Below, one piece after another: positions 1 to 13,350 of a stretch of 64,000 nt of DNA (the first letter of the stretch is position 1; each line of letters starts with the position of its first letter). The notes beneath the pieces are model-generated. The model saw only the letters and a program-made list of their open reading frames with translations. It did no database searches and had not been told where the DNA came from. This DNA comes from Octopus bimaculoides (Eukaryota): the NCBI RefSeq assembly GCF_001194135.2, contig NC_068994.1:59709017-59773016 (forward strand). The letters run 5' to 3'. The translations under genes were made by a program, and so were the position numbers.

Positions 1-1064
1 CAATTAGATTTATTCTTAGCTTCTTGTTGTTGTTGTTGTTTTTAGATTTGTCTCTTCCTCTTCTGGAATATTAGTTTCTGCTTCTTGGCACCAGCAGACT
101 TGAAACCATCTCCGATTCTTTCTTTCAAAACTGCTTGTTTAAAGGGTTAATGTTTAAACGAAAACTTTCTGTTATAATTTTTACGCTTTCAAATTTTGGC
201 ACAAAGCCAGCAATTTTGAGGAGAGAGGTGAAGTCAGTATCAGTGACGCCACTGCTACTTTATTTTATCAACTGCAGAAGGATTAAAAGTAAAGTTAACC
301 TCTGCAGGGTTTGAAATCAGAATGTAAAGAGTTAAAAGAAATACCACCAGATATTTTAGTCTGATGCTCCAACGCTTTTACCATTTTGCTGTAACAAGCA
401 TATGATAAGTTGTTTTCTAAACACCAGCTTGATATAGAAATAAATGTAAAAGTTAATTTTTTTTGTCTAAATCTCTCAAAATTATTGATTATTTCCAAAA
501 TTAATTGAAATACACTGCCAGTGTATTTCAACGAGAAATATGGCAACAAAAATGTTAAACATTCTCCAAAAAAACCGATAAACATGTTGTGCTGCCAAAC
601 CAATGACTTCTCTCTCAGTCACCCATGTGGCGTGCTGCCATACGATGCTAGTTCCTACCCAGAGGAATCCACTGCTTTACATAGACTTCCAAGTGAAACC
701 ACATGGCTTCACTAATTATCGTTGGAGAAAGGGCTTGTATATCCGACATTTCTCTTTCTCTTCTGCCCAGGAAGACACTTTAGAAACAGAATCAAAATAG
801 AAAGTATTTATCTACATATCTTCCACTGTCTGTCTGTGTGTCTGTCTCTATAGAACACAGTTCAGTTTCATAGCTCCCTCCTCCTACTTAATGACAACCG
901 ACTCCATTCTGCCGCTGCTGTCTGTACAACTACAGCAATGACAATGGGAGGCACCACCAGAACATAAGTGTCCACCCCTACTGCCTGAGGCTGCATAACG
1001 GGCGGGGGGGGGGCTACACACAGAACCATGTTGTTGAGAAATGAACTTCTTAATCACACAGCCC

Positions 1065-1490
1065 CATCATCATCATCATCATCATCATTGTTTGAAATCT
1101 GCTTTTCCATGCTGGCATGGGTTGTATGGTTTGACAGGAGCTGGTCACCTGGAGAGCTGCTTGGGCTCCATTTGTCTGTTGTGGCATGGTTTCTACAACT
1201 GAGTGCCCTCCCTAATGCCAACCACTTTACAGAGTGTCCTGGGGGCTTTTAACATGGCCACCGACATGGGCAGTTTTATGTGGCACTGGCACGGGTGCTT
1301 TTATGTGGCACCAGCACTCACGAGCCCACAAGACTAGGATCTCTCAGCTGAGAGAGGGATGTAGTAGGGGACATTCCTGTAGGTGTGGATGGCCATGATT
1401 TTACTTAGCTTCACACGTCTCCTCAATCACAGCAAACCACCAGAAGCCTCGGTCCCTTGTCATTTCCTCTGTGAGGCTTCTCTCACATCT
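1065..1490 (-). mobile_element. RTE-type LINE 3' fragment (ORF C-terminus, 3'UTR and (GAT)n tail)
   Basis: The minus-strand translation ...SLTEEMTRDRGFWWFAVIEETCEAK* resembles the RTE ORF end. The 3'UTR carries the family motif (plus-strand ...ctaatgccaaccac...) and a CAT-repeat tail at 1065-1087. Confidence 0.75.
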
Positions 1491-2829
1491 GCTCTCCATG
1501 CTGACATCTAAGTACTTGTGTGCTTTTGTCAGCTGTTGGGTGAGGGTTGTTGTACAAAGAGGTGTTGTAAAAAAACTGTAACCTTGCAAATTTACAATCC
1601 TCACTTAATGCCACAGCAAAGACTCTAAGTTTTCTCTGGGAAGTGGTTCTGATAAATGTCGTTGTGTTATCCTGGCTCTTCTGTTCATTAACTCTCGGCC
1701 CCTAAATGGTAGAAAATACTCAAAGGAAGCGAGATTTGCATAGATTTTTGCTGTTGTTTAGAGAATGGATGTTGTGAGTGACTAAAAGGTGTGTGTGTGT
1801 GTTAGTCATAGGGTGTCACTGATAATATTTCTCTGTTAGCCAAGCAGCCCAACCAGTGTGTCCCTTAACCTGTTGACAGAATTTTAGGGTTGACTTTAAC
1901 ATGCTACCCTATTCGATGTTGGTACAGATTGGCAGTTAATTAAATTGATCCCTGAAATATATAAGGTATACCTAACCTCAGTTGACCTTTTAACTTTTAA
2001 CCCAAATTAATCCCCTTTTGAGATTTATTAAAAAAAATTACCAGTATTAGAAAAACTGAAGCAGTAGGGGGAGAAGTGGGGGTGGGGTTAGTGAACTGAC
2101 AAAAATAAATAAATAAATACATGGGAAGCTTCTAAAATCTGATTAATTATCATGTGTAGTGATAATCGAATCTGTGAGAATCAAAACAAATCATCCCTAA
2201 CATATTCATTCTGAATATGTTAGGTCTGATTTGTATGTGAATATGCTAATGATGACTGTTGTATTTAGTCTTCAGAGAACACCTCCTTTCTGACATCTGA
2301 CATAATATGAGATGTTCTCTGAGGGTGCAACAAGGATTAAACATAATCACATTCAAATCTGATGTATTAAGTATGTCATTAGTAAACATTTAATGTTTCC
2401 TTAAGCTTTCTAGAAACGAATTTATGGTAAAATAGTATTTCTTCCATGAATTTTCATGATGTCAAGTTTAAAGAAGTTGTCAAAGAAGGAATGGTGAACA
2501 CTGACTAAATCTTAAACCATTTTGTCCAAAATAGATGCAAACCATTTTATTTGAGGTTAAGGTGGGGAAAGGGTGAAAAGGGTGTATAAAATACATTTTT
2601 TTCTTTTTAAAGGGAAACAGAAAGATTTGTTGCCAAAGTGAAGACCTTTCCAAACAAGCCTTTAGGGAGCAGTTGTTTTAGTTTAGAGGATACGATGCCA
2701 AGCTATAACTACTGCTCAAGAGTGTGGCTGCCAGTGGCTAATTTAGAATTTGTAGCGAGTGCCAAAGGTTTGCTGGAAGAAACTACCTAAACATATATAT
2801 ATATATATATATATGTGTATATAAATATT

Positions 2830-2862
<33 letters not shown>

Positions 2863-3821
2863 ATGTATGCATGTGTGTGTGTGTATACAGTGCATAAGTA
2901 TATGTTGTGTATAAAGGTAGTAAATGTGTATTCCTATGTATGTGGTTACAGGTCAGAATAAACATGTTTTCCCATTTGTGTGTGTCTGTGTAGCTCCATA
3001 CATGAACACATATCTATGTGTTTATGATATTTTGTGTGTGTGTGTGTATATAGGAGGAGAAATATATTTTGGGTGAGAATGAGAATATTTCTGTTAACTT
3101 TTGTGTGATTGTATTTCTTCAATCCACCCGTGTTTGTTAGGGTGGTGTTGAGGATGAGATGATATGGTAGAAAGAGGAACTACCAAATCTTGCTCCCCAC
3201 CCCAACCCTAGTTTCACTTTCCCTTCCATTGCTATGATGATATAAGGCTTTAATTTAATTATAGAAATATAAAAGGATTTTTTAAAATATCAAATGGCTC
3301 TGAGGGTCCTTGTGAGTAAAACAAGAATCAAAGGGGTCCATAGACAAAAAGGGGTTCAGGGCCCAGTGTTGTACTTCATTAATTGCTGCTTTATGTCCTT
3401 CTCTTGTTTAGTCTTTTCTCACAAGTTGCGTCTGATGATCCCAGTGCAACCCTAACCCCTTCTGGCTCTTTTTATTCTGAATTGAAATTCTGCTGGGGTC
3501 AACTTTGCTTTCCATCCTCTCGATAAAATAGAGGACCAGTCAAGTACTGGTATTGATTGTATCGACTAACCCTGCTACCCTCAAATTTGTGTGTAAATCA
3601 GAAACCATCAGAAACCAAACCAAAATCTGAAGCATTTGTTGGACGTCCAATGAAATCTCAAAGGACCATTTAAACCCCTTTCCTACCCCTTCAACTCTTC
3701 ATTTTATTCTTTGTAGTCCTTTTTTAATGGCACAACACTCCTGCATCTTGGTTCCATCTGAACAGTAATTTCCCACTTAAGAACGGCTGCTCCTTGATGT
3801 CACAACAATTGACTTTTCTCT

Positions 3822-3868
<47 letters not shown>

Positions 3869-4463
3869 ATAAACCCCACACCCTCATGTTTCCATTCGCT
3901 TGTTCCCCTCCCACACAAATACGATGCGTTGTTTACATCTAAGTATTTGGATGGGAGGTTTCCTACCTGTGTTAGGTATACACCCTGTTATGTCAATATG
4001 ACCCAGATTCCAATATGGCAGAGGATCAATTACCACAACCTTCTTGTTTCACTATCACCATTGCATTATTATGTCATTCAAGACCTGATCACCCTCTCCA
4101 CCCTCACACTTCCTTGATTCTTTCAAAACATGACCAATATTAGCCTACAACCCAATGCATTCTTCTTCTCTATTGGAAACCCCCCCTCCTCTTCTTCCAC
4201 TTCCATTCTACCATTATTCACTATGCTACTACTACTATAAACACATGTACATTTGTTTTCATGCATTCTCTCCCTTCTGCTCCATCTTTCTATCTTGACA
4301 AAGAGCAAGCTGTCCAAAACATCAATACACCTTCCTTTCCTTCACACTCAAATATATTGACTTGGTACAGTTTCATTCTTTGTTTTATATGTTGTGTACT
4401 TTTTTAGTTTTTGACTGTAAACATCCTACACACACACACACACACACATGTATACGTACCCAA

Positions 4464-4513
<50 letters not shown>

Positions 4514-4820
4514 ATGTATGTATATAAACCTACTCTAACAACAGACATACACACATACACATGTATATGTACCCAACTATATATATAAATATATATATGT
4601 ATGTATGTATATATGTATGTATGTATGTATGTATATAAACATACACTAACGACAACTATACACACACACACGCAATCACTCATCAAACTAAATGGATTTT
4701 TTACTGTTCAATAAACTGTTGCCCTTCCTTTTTGGAAACTGGTCATATGTCGAGGTTAACAGAAATGTCAAATGTGCAAATAAGTGAGTTGCCTGTGTGC
4801 GTGTGTGTGCCAGTGTGTGC

Positions 4821-4877
<57 letters not shown>

Positions 4878-5659
4878 ACAGTAGTGACTTTCAGAGAGAT
4901 TGAAATCTATGCGAGTAGAAAAATTCCAAGTGTCCAAAGATCTTTGAAAACGACACGACACACAAACGCATACATATAGACACACAGACACTCACACACA
5001 GTCACATTAACATACTTATTAACACAACCATACAAATACTAACATATATACATACACAAGACTGCACACTAACATACACATACAGTGACAGCAACACACA
5101 TACACAAACACACATAAAAGCACCCCCACACAAACACAAATGGACCCCTCTGCCTACCCTTTCTACTTAGTGGACTGGCTAAGCGAGAGAAACTCACTCC
5201 AACCGATCGACTTCAATATTTATACTCCTGGAAGGAGTGAACCTTCCACGATAATATCTTTATTGAATTCTCTTTTTCTTAAATGTAATAGTAAATATGC
5301 ACTCACACACACACACACAAATTCTCTTTCTCTCTCTCTTTCTCCCTGTTNNNNNNNNNNNNNNNNNNNNNNNNNNNNNNNNNNNNNNNTATATATATAT
5401 ATATATATGTCTGTTCCTTCCATTCATACTTTAACCTCACTTAAACTCCTCCCTCTCTCTCCCCTCTCATTCTCACTCTAATTTCATTTTCAATCATGAA
5501 GATCATCGAAGCTGCTGCTGCTGCCCCCTCCCCACCAAAACACCCATCACACTCAGTAAAGTGGTTGGTTAATTGAGCAGAGACAACTCAGAGTTGAGCC
5601 GAGACTCTTTAGACAGCCTCTCTAGTGACCGGTGCCATGAAAGTGGGGAGCCAGTAACA

Positions 5660-5802
5660 TCAGTAAACTGGTTGGTGCCAAGAAAGATGTCTGGCTTTTA
5701 AAACTTTGCCAAAACAGACTTTGGAGCAAGTTGTCCTCTAGTCCATTGTTTCTTGTCAGTCTAACCCATGCCAGCATGGAATGTAGACATAAAATGATAA
5801 TG
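5660..5802 (+). mobile_element. Diverged RTE-3'UTR/SINE copy
   Basis: TGGTTGGTGCCAAGAAAGATGTCTGGC...CTAACCCATGCCAGCATGGAATGTAGACATAAAATGATAATG. Confidence 0.65.
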
Positions 5803-7097
5803 TGTGAGAGAAAGAAAGAGACTCATTAGTTTATACTGTGTACTAATATCTCTAATATGTCTAAGGCACAAGCATGCATATCATCATCATTGACAACATT
5901 GTTTTAAGGTACAGTTTTCCACACTGACATGGGTCAGATGAAATTCATTAAACAGATTTTCTATGGCTGAATGCTCTTCCTGTCACTAACTCTCACCTGT
6001 CTCCAAGCAAGGAAATATTTTGAATGCAAACAGCACAATGGTTAGACATGTGGGCATGAACAGATTGCTTACATGAGAGTGGTACTCCTTTACAACTATT
6101 ACATGATATGAACACACACACACACACACACACATATGTATATCTGCATATGAAAGAGAGAGAATGATGTTCAATGTAAAACTCTGCTGTGCTAATTGCC
6201 TTCCAATTGATCAGTCACATGATCCAGAATATCTGGTCAAACTAGCTGACCCATATAACACCAATCCATACAGTATTGATTGCATTTTATGCTTGCTTCA
6301 CTTTCATCCTTGACTGCATCAAATGTCCACTTGTCCATAGTTTGACCAAATTATGTGGACTTTATTACACTCAGTTCCTTTAACACTGACCACTGAGTTA
6401 AACCATGGCATCACCAACAACATTTTACTTTTATTTTGTGTGTTTAGCGATTATTGGTGTGTGAAGGAGCTTAGTTGGAAGCAGTTACTCAGCATACAAA
6501 CAGTATATATTACATGTGTGCATGTTGTACAGCAGGTGTGTGTGTGTGTGTGTGCATTAACAAAAGTGAAAGCATTCCAGCTGGGATCTTGTCCCTTTTT
6601 CAAATTCAAATTCCGAATGAATACATAAGAAAATAAATAAGCAATCGATATGAATCAAAATAAAGCATTTATGAAGAATTACCTGCAGACACATTTTTGG
6701 GGCCATTTGTGGTCCATCTCTCTCTGGCATTATCTGAGTTTTGGAAGTTCTCTATCAGTGGACTTAAAATGTCCTTTCAACAATCAACAATTGGCACAAC
6801 AAAGGGTTCGTCACAGATGGAACACATTGGTTCTCATCATGAAGAAAAAAAATCTCTGAATCCATATAAAACAAAATGGTCACATTTGAAGAATTTGAAA
6901 AATAAACCAAAAAGCTGGGTTGATCATGGATGGGAGACTTTCATTCTTATGAATGTTTGATAAGTTCAGAAATATATTATGTTTCCTGACCATTTTGAAA
7001 TTTGCATATTGTTAGCTCCAAGTGAACCAGACTGGTTTGTTTTAATTTTGTAGAATTATTATTTCGAGTGATAAAGAATAACTAACAAATAAAAATA

Positions 7098-7139
<42 letters not shown>

Positions 7140-7669
7140 AAAAGACTACTGCACTCCTCTGACACAACTGCATGTTAATGTTTAGACAACTGGGTTTCTA
7201 ACTGTCGCATTGTCTGTGTTCCCAATCAATATTTTATATCTTCTCTGTGTCTGAACTTCACAGGACTGTTTGGCTCAAAAATATATTCATTTTTTTCTTT
7301 TTTTTTTCACTGTTGCAAGAAATTTCATTTTAACAAGACTCATTTAGAATTTTGGCTGACACTAAAAAAAATATTTCTTTAATTGAAAAATTCATTCTAT
7401 TGCTACTCATTACAAATGAATTTCCCTTGTTTCTCTCTTTCGAAAGACAAGCAGACACAAGGGGCTGCAGGGTACCAAATTCTGCTAATTTTTTAGTTGA
7501 CTTGGAGCCTTAGTGGAAGACATTTGTTCAAGGTAGCAGACAGTGGGATTGAAACTGGAATGCTGTGGCTACAAATTGGATCTTCTGAAACACACACCTA
7601 TGCCTGTGTCTCTCTGTACCATACAGAAAGTACTTGGGGGAGAGAGCGGAATTGACAATGTTCATTTCC

Positions 7670-7885
7670 CTCAACAATCATCATCATTTAACGTCCATTT
7701 TCCACGCTGGCATGGGTTGGACTATCTGATAGGAACTAGCAAGGCCAGGAACCACACCAGGTTCCATTGTCTGTTCTGGCATGGTTTCTACAGCTGGATG
7801 CCTTTCCTAATGCCAACCACTTTATAGAGTGCACTGGATGCTTTCTATGTGAACCCATCATCAGTACTTTTTACGTGGCCCCTTG
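7670..7885 (-). mobile_element. RTE-3'UTR/SINE copy
   Basis: CATCATCATTTAACGTCCATTTTCCACGCTGGCATGGGTTGG...TTTCTACAGCTGGATGCCTTTCCTAATGCCAACCAC. Confidence 0.8.
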
Positions 7886-8214
7886 ATTTTAGGAGATCAA
7901 TCTTATTGTGGTGGGTGGCTCTTAGGAATTTAGAACTTTAAGATTCTGTAAGAAATCTTTATTTTTCTCACCTGCAGCACCAGGTAAAACATTTTCCTCT
8001 CTCTGTGTCATCTTCTATATCTTTGTTGTTATTATGTTCCCTGTTGTCAGTTTATAAACTGACATAGAAACTGTTCTTATTTAATTGCTTAGTTTTATAA
8101 TGATTATAATTGGCCTCTTTGCATTCAAATATTTTCTTCTATGTTCTTTATAAAATTTCCTACTGCTCTTGATAAAAGAAAAATTGTAAAACAAGCATCA
8201 TCGTCATCATCATC

Positions 8215-8405
8215 ATACAAGCAGGGTCTTTCATTTCCAATCTTCCATAAAATTGTATTTGACCATGGAGAAATATTACCTTGCTTGGGAACAGGTGAGA
8301 ACTGGCAACATGAAGGGCATCTGGCCATAGATAATCTACCTCCACAAAATCTAACTCATGCAGGCATTTAAAAGTAGATGATGATGATGATGATGATGAT
8401 GATGA
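8215..8405 (+). mobile_element. Second SINE subfamily sharing the RTE-like tail; related copies at 5895-6040(-), 10875-10975(+), 45235-45325(+) and 54880-55070(-)
   Basis: Shared block CTTGCTTGGGAACAGGTGAG...GAAGGGCATC..GCCATAG...CCATGCA.GCATGG followed by a (GAT)n tail, recurring across these copies. Confidence 0.65.
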
Positions 8406-9099
8406 GTTTCAATTTGTGCCCCCACATGATTTTATCTGTCAACTCCTTCTATGTACAAAGAGTTATTATTTTCTTTAATTACTGTTAATTTTCTTTAATT
8501 ACTGATTAATTTCTATAGACATATTTCAAAGTATGGTAGCTTCATTCCCTTCAGTGACTCAATTCTCTGTTATCATTTGTTGGTCTCCATCTGAATGTGT
8601 GTAGATAAATCTTTTAATGACTATATATATAGTAACCTATTCAGTTATCGAAGTGTATATATATTTCTAACATTACTTCAACTAGTCAGCATCACACAAA
8701 CTGTCTGTTCGTCCTTTTAGATTTCACTTGATAAACTATTTTCGTCTTCTTTGCAGATTTACATCCTGTCTAATCTTACCGGGTTGTCTCAAAGACATTT
8801 CTCTTGCTCTCTTATCTCTCTCAAACAATCTTAATCTTGTCAAGTGTTTTATTGACTTATTGTTTCCATTTTGGATCTTTCTTTCGTAATGTCTAATCGA
8901 AATAATTATGTTGAAATCTTCCACTATTTTCCTTACCTACTCATCGACCTTTGTCACACGACACATCCTAACAGACAATTATTTCACCTGAATGTATGGC
9001 TTGATTCTTTTCATACCTGTCTTCTTAACTTACTATATACCTTTGCTAGAGTGAGTTATTAAAGTTTTGGGAAAGAATTCACTTAAAGACTCCACTTTG

Positions 9100-9850
9100 A
9101 CTCCCAATTTAAATGGTTTCAGTAATGAATTAATACCTTCACAAAATTGTTTCATTTCCCAAGGTTTAGTATTTAAGAAATTGTTGTTCCTTTTGTCCAG
9201 AGTATGGCTGCAAACTACTCCTCATCCCCCCGCCCCGCCAGTTGTGTAGGTCTGGACATGGCTCCATCATCTTATCCTTTCAAATCCTCTTTAGTCAACA
9301 TCACCCTGAACACTTGTAAGTCTTTTCTATGAGGGTTTTTAAGGTCCCAGGTTTGAGCCAGACCCATGACTAGATCCTGCTTCCCACTGGCATCAAAAAC
9401 AATAGCAAAGTTTGCAATAATTAAAAGAACTCCGGCTCTCTTAGCTTTTGTTTTTTGCTACTTTTAGAAAATATTAAGCATGGATCTACTTTAATCAATG
9501 GCATTCCAGCCATGATCACCTCGTCTTTTTTCACCCAGTGTCTCTAGAACTACCTGGCATGGCAGCCAGTCAATATATGAAGTAATTGGTGCAACGGAAA
9601 TAGTAGGAAGTGGGTTAATATAATTGAGGGTTAACAATTTCCACAGAGATTTTAGATCAGTTAATATGTTTAGACATTGTCTGATAGACATAGGTTTGAT
9701 TCCGTTTTAGTTTTCTGAGGTTTGATAACACATCAGGGTCAGGTGAATGACAAAAATCTCCAACAAAACTTTGCATTGAGTCACTGCTGCTGGAATCTTT
9801 TGCTCAGGTAAAAACACTGAAAACTCCCTCCTGTTACCTGGCATTTGTTA
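9100..9850 (-). mobile_element. Highly decayed L1/Tx1-like reverse transcriptase fragment
   Basis: Minus-strand pieces occur in the expected order: SIRQCLNILTDLKSLWKLL (compare RPISLLNxDYKIL), KRAGVLLIIANFAIVFDAQW (compare GLLLxIDFEKAFDxVxW), and RGMRSSLQPY (compare RGVRQGCPLSP). Multiple stops are present. Confidence 0.4.
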
Positions 9851-9947
9851 TTGTTTTCTTGTCTTTTGTTGTTGTTGTTGTCAAGTCTGTTGTCATTGAT
9901 TATAAAAGTCTGTCGTCTGTGTCCATTGTCGACTACAACACACTATA

Positions 9948-10152
9948 TTGCCTATAACCTGTTGTTGCTTACAACCTGATGTTGCCTATAGTCTGCTGCT
10001 GCCTATAACCTGTAGCTACGTTTGACCTGGAGTTGTCTTTAACCTATTCTTGCCTCTGCTCTATAGCTGCCTATAACCTGTTGCTGCCTATAGCTTGATA
10101 TTGCCTATAACCTGTTGCTGCCTATAGCTTGATATTGCCTATAACCTGTTGT
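9948..10152. repeat. Minisatellite with a ~17-18-bp subunit and a 35-bp dimeric unit
   Basis: TTGCCTATAACCTGTTGCTGCCTATAGCTTGATA is repeated, with exact copies at 10068-10150 and decayed copies upstream. Confidence 0.85.
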
Positions 10153-10317
10153 TGTTTACAGTTAGTCGTTTCTCTCCTTTGCTTCACACTGTTGTTTTCC
10201 AGTTGTAAGTGCAGCAGCTGCTGGTTTAGTAGCAGAACTAATGAATGCACCATTAGCATTGTTGCAACTAGCTGTTAGTCTTTGCAGTCAGGACTGCTGT
10301 GCAGACTATTACTGGCA

Positions 10318-10327
10318 CCAGCAGCAA

Positions 10328-10359
<32 letters not shown>

Positions 10360-10375
10360 ACAGCAGCAGCAGCAA
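10318..10375. repeat. (CAG)n microsatellite with regular CAA interruptions
   Basis: 19 triplets, with CAA at positions 3, 9, 14 and 19. Confidence 0.9.
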
Positions 10376-10708
10376 TGCCAGATCTGCTTCCATCGTTGTC
10401 TGTAGAGGTGGTTGTTGTTGGTAGTGTTTAGGCAGTGGTTTTGTATTGGTGATTGTGGTTATGGAGAGGTGGTGGTGGTGGTGGTGGTGGTGGTGGTGGT
10501 GGTGGTGGTGGTGAAGGTAATTGTTAAGATAGTTCGGAGGCCACAACAATATTTTTCACTTAATTTTCCCCAACCATTTGCCTGACATAAGTTTTGGGTA
10601 TTTACACTGATGTCAACAAAAAGATCAGCCTTTCCATCAAAATAAACACACACACACACACACAAATATATATATGTTGCCACAAATATACACACATATA
10701 CCATGCTT

Positions 10709-10753
<45 letters not shown>

Positions 10754-11453
10754 CTAGATAGGCAGGCAGGCAGGCAGGCAGACAGACAGATAGGTAGATG
10801 AAATAGTGATATTATTTCCCTAGTCAACAAATTACCCAGTGGCTTTGTGCCTTTGGAGTCATGTGAAATAAGAAATCTGTTACTTCAGAACAGGTGAGGG
10901 TTAGTGACAGGAAGAGCTTCCAGTTGTAAAACAGTGCCTCAAATATATTCATCAAACCCATGCAGGCATGGTAAGACAGAAGTAAAGCAAGTGAACAAAT
11001 TGACACAGAGAGATAGAGAAAGGGAGATTGAATTTAACTTTTGAAAATACTGCTTACAATATTGTATACCAATCTAATAGTAATATATATAAAGAGAGGG
11101 GGGAGAGGGGAGAGATATACAATGCAAGCATCAAGGAATGGTTTACATTGTAAACAACTGTTTATGAATAAAGAGTAAGAGTAAGCTGACTGACAGGAAA
11201 CTGCAGGAAACTGCACCCCTTTCTTCCCCAGGTAAACATGCTACTATTTACACTACAGATATCCCACAACTAACCCCACTCAAATCTTAATAGACCTGTC
11301 CTAGTAGCAGCACAAATTGATAATAAATGTATTCACCGGAAAATAAAATGTTGCTGTTATTGTTTTTTTTTGTTCTTTTTCTTTTACATGGAATGTTTTT
11401 TTTTTTTTGTTTTTTTTAATAAATTCAATCTGTTGTTTCACCAAAATGTGAAG

Positions 11454-11528
11454 ATGGCGCTGCAGCGAGTGTCAGAGGAGAAACAAGAAAGTGAAACAAA
11501 CTTCTCATATTCTGCCACACAGATCGGT
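11454..11528 (+). CDS. Possible short coding exon (MALQRVSEEKQESETNFSYSATQIG), product unknown
   Basis: Kozak-like AAGATGGCG downstream of a T-rich tract, 25 open codons, then GTAAGG at 11529. No family was recognised. Confidence 0.2.
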
Positions 11529-11596
11529 GTAAGGCTGTATCTATGTATATGCATGTGTGTTTATAGATATATGTGTAAGTGCATGCATGGCTGTAT

Positions 11597-11759
11597 GGCT
11601 GAATGGTTGGCGTTAGGAAGGGCATCCAGCTGTAGAAGCTCTGCCAAATTAGACTGGAGCCTGGTGTTGCCATCCGGTTTCACCAGTCCTCAGTCAAATC
11701 GTCCAACCCATGCTAGCATGGAAAGCGGACGTTAAACGATGATGATGATGATGATGATA
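11597..11759 (+). mobile_element. Young RTE-3'UTR/SINE copy
   Basis: TGGTTGGCGTTAGGAAGGGCATCCAGCTGTAGAAG...CCAACCCATGCTAGCATGGAAAGCGGACGTTAAAC(GAT)n. It is nearly the reverse complement of 45386-45560. Confidence 0.85.
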
Positions 11760-11801
11760 TATATATATATATAAATAAGCATAGGGTTACATAAATGTGT
11801 A

Positions 11802-11836
<35 letters not shown>

Positions 11837-13039
11837 AAGCACAGTTTTGCAGAGCAAGTTGTGATCATAAATCAAAAATTTTTAAATCGTGAGACACTTT
11901 AGTAATGAATTTGTGATTTGTTAGGAATGGTGTTACCAAATAAATACTAGTTAATTAGTCAGAGTGGTAATATTATTGAGTTGACTTTTGAATGTGGTCC
12001 TCCATCCTAGGAACTCTCCAATAACTGTAACTGGTAAAACAGGAATGGTTCAGTTGATTTGACAGCCTTTGAATATTTGAATTCAAAGAAGAATCCTTTG
12101 GTTGATTGACCCCAAAACTATGGAAGGGGGTGATTGTTGTTGTTGGTGGTGTCATTGTCATATAGCCTCAGGTCTGTTCTGATCTCAGCATAATTCTACA
12201 AATCGTTAGGGTTCTGAGATGTTAATCAAAAGCTGAGAATTAAATAAATTCTTATAAATCTGTTCCAAACAAAACATAAACTGATATGACGAAAATATAC
12301 TAAAGCCTGCCCAGCCCCACATCAAAGAAAGACAAGATGTAAACCATTGCAATGACATGCACCATTCTGTAGGCTAGTGAGCATGTAATCCTCATTGATA
12401 ACATGGATTACAAGATCCATATTTACAGATCAATATTGTGCTGATTTACTTCAGTCTTTGCAGCAATCAATCCATGGAAAGTAGCAAGGAAACTTATTGA
12501 CTATCTTCTTCACAGGATCCTGTTTGTGATTCTACAGCAATGCTTGGAAAATCAGCCAACATTGCAACATTGGGAATTTCCATCAGAGACGGAGCCATTC
12601 AATTGACCCTCTTCCTCACAACAACACTTGTAATCTGTTGCCATTGTGAAAGACCCTGTCTACTGGGTGTTGCTTCATGCTATCAGTTAAGTGGTAAAGT
12701 CGTTTTGCATAAATTAACATAAATTAACAGACACAACATAATTCCAGCAGAAACTTGTATTGAGTACTTTTGCAGTCTCCAGAGATTGTAAATGAAAACC
12801 TTTGATTAACACTGTGCAATTTTCAACTTCCAGTCTATCCCGTGTATTATTGTATAATGTCTGTCTGTCTGTCTTTCTCTCTCTCTTTCTATAAATATAT
12901 ATATATGTGTGTGTGTATGTGTGTGTGTGTGTGTGTGTGTGCACGTATACAACAATCTCATCAGTCTTGTAAGATTTTCAAATCTCATGGCCACAGAAAC
13001 CGTCACTAAAAAAGAAAACATCAGCTTTAATCAAACTGG

Positions 13040-13350
13040 ATTACGATGAAAGCAGCTCCAGCCATGACCACCTCATCATTTTTCAGTCAAAGTGTATCCT
13101 GGACTGCATTATCCAGTGTGTTCAATCTTCAGGCATTGGTGTGAGGTTTAAGGGACATTCATTTGGCTGCTATTTCCATGTGGTTGAGCAACCCCCATAT
13201 AAGGACCTCATTATTGTAGCTGCTGCAGTTAAGAAGAGAATTACATTCATTGCCCTTACTGTTGTTGTTTAGCCCCAGGCTGGCTGTGACTGAGCCGATC
13301 TGTAATCAAATAAATCTGGCTCTGGCCACTGTGTTGCTAATTTTTTTGAG
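13040..13350. repeat. Interspersed repeat family; related copies at ~12130, 17340-17440, 17690-17820, 35700-35840 and 53520-53720
   Basis: Recurring blocks GAGGGAGATTTGGCTGYTATTT...GACCATGTAG and GTTGTTTAGYYCCAGGTC. Confidence 0.55.

Noticed and set aside
11215-11240. Second AG/GT juxtaposition (TTCTTCCCCAG/GTAAAC)
   Set aside because: The donor is weaker, there are upstream AGs and no downstream donor. Similar motifs occur on both strands (for example 13356 on minus and 63583 on plus), consistent with chance.
12300-12720. Apparently unique, GC-richer segment with short open frames on both strands
   Set aside because: There is no motif or paired splice-site support, so I cannot distinguish it from an ancient repeat.
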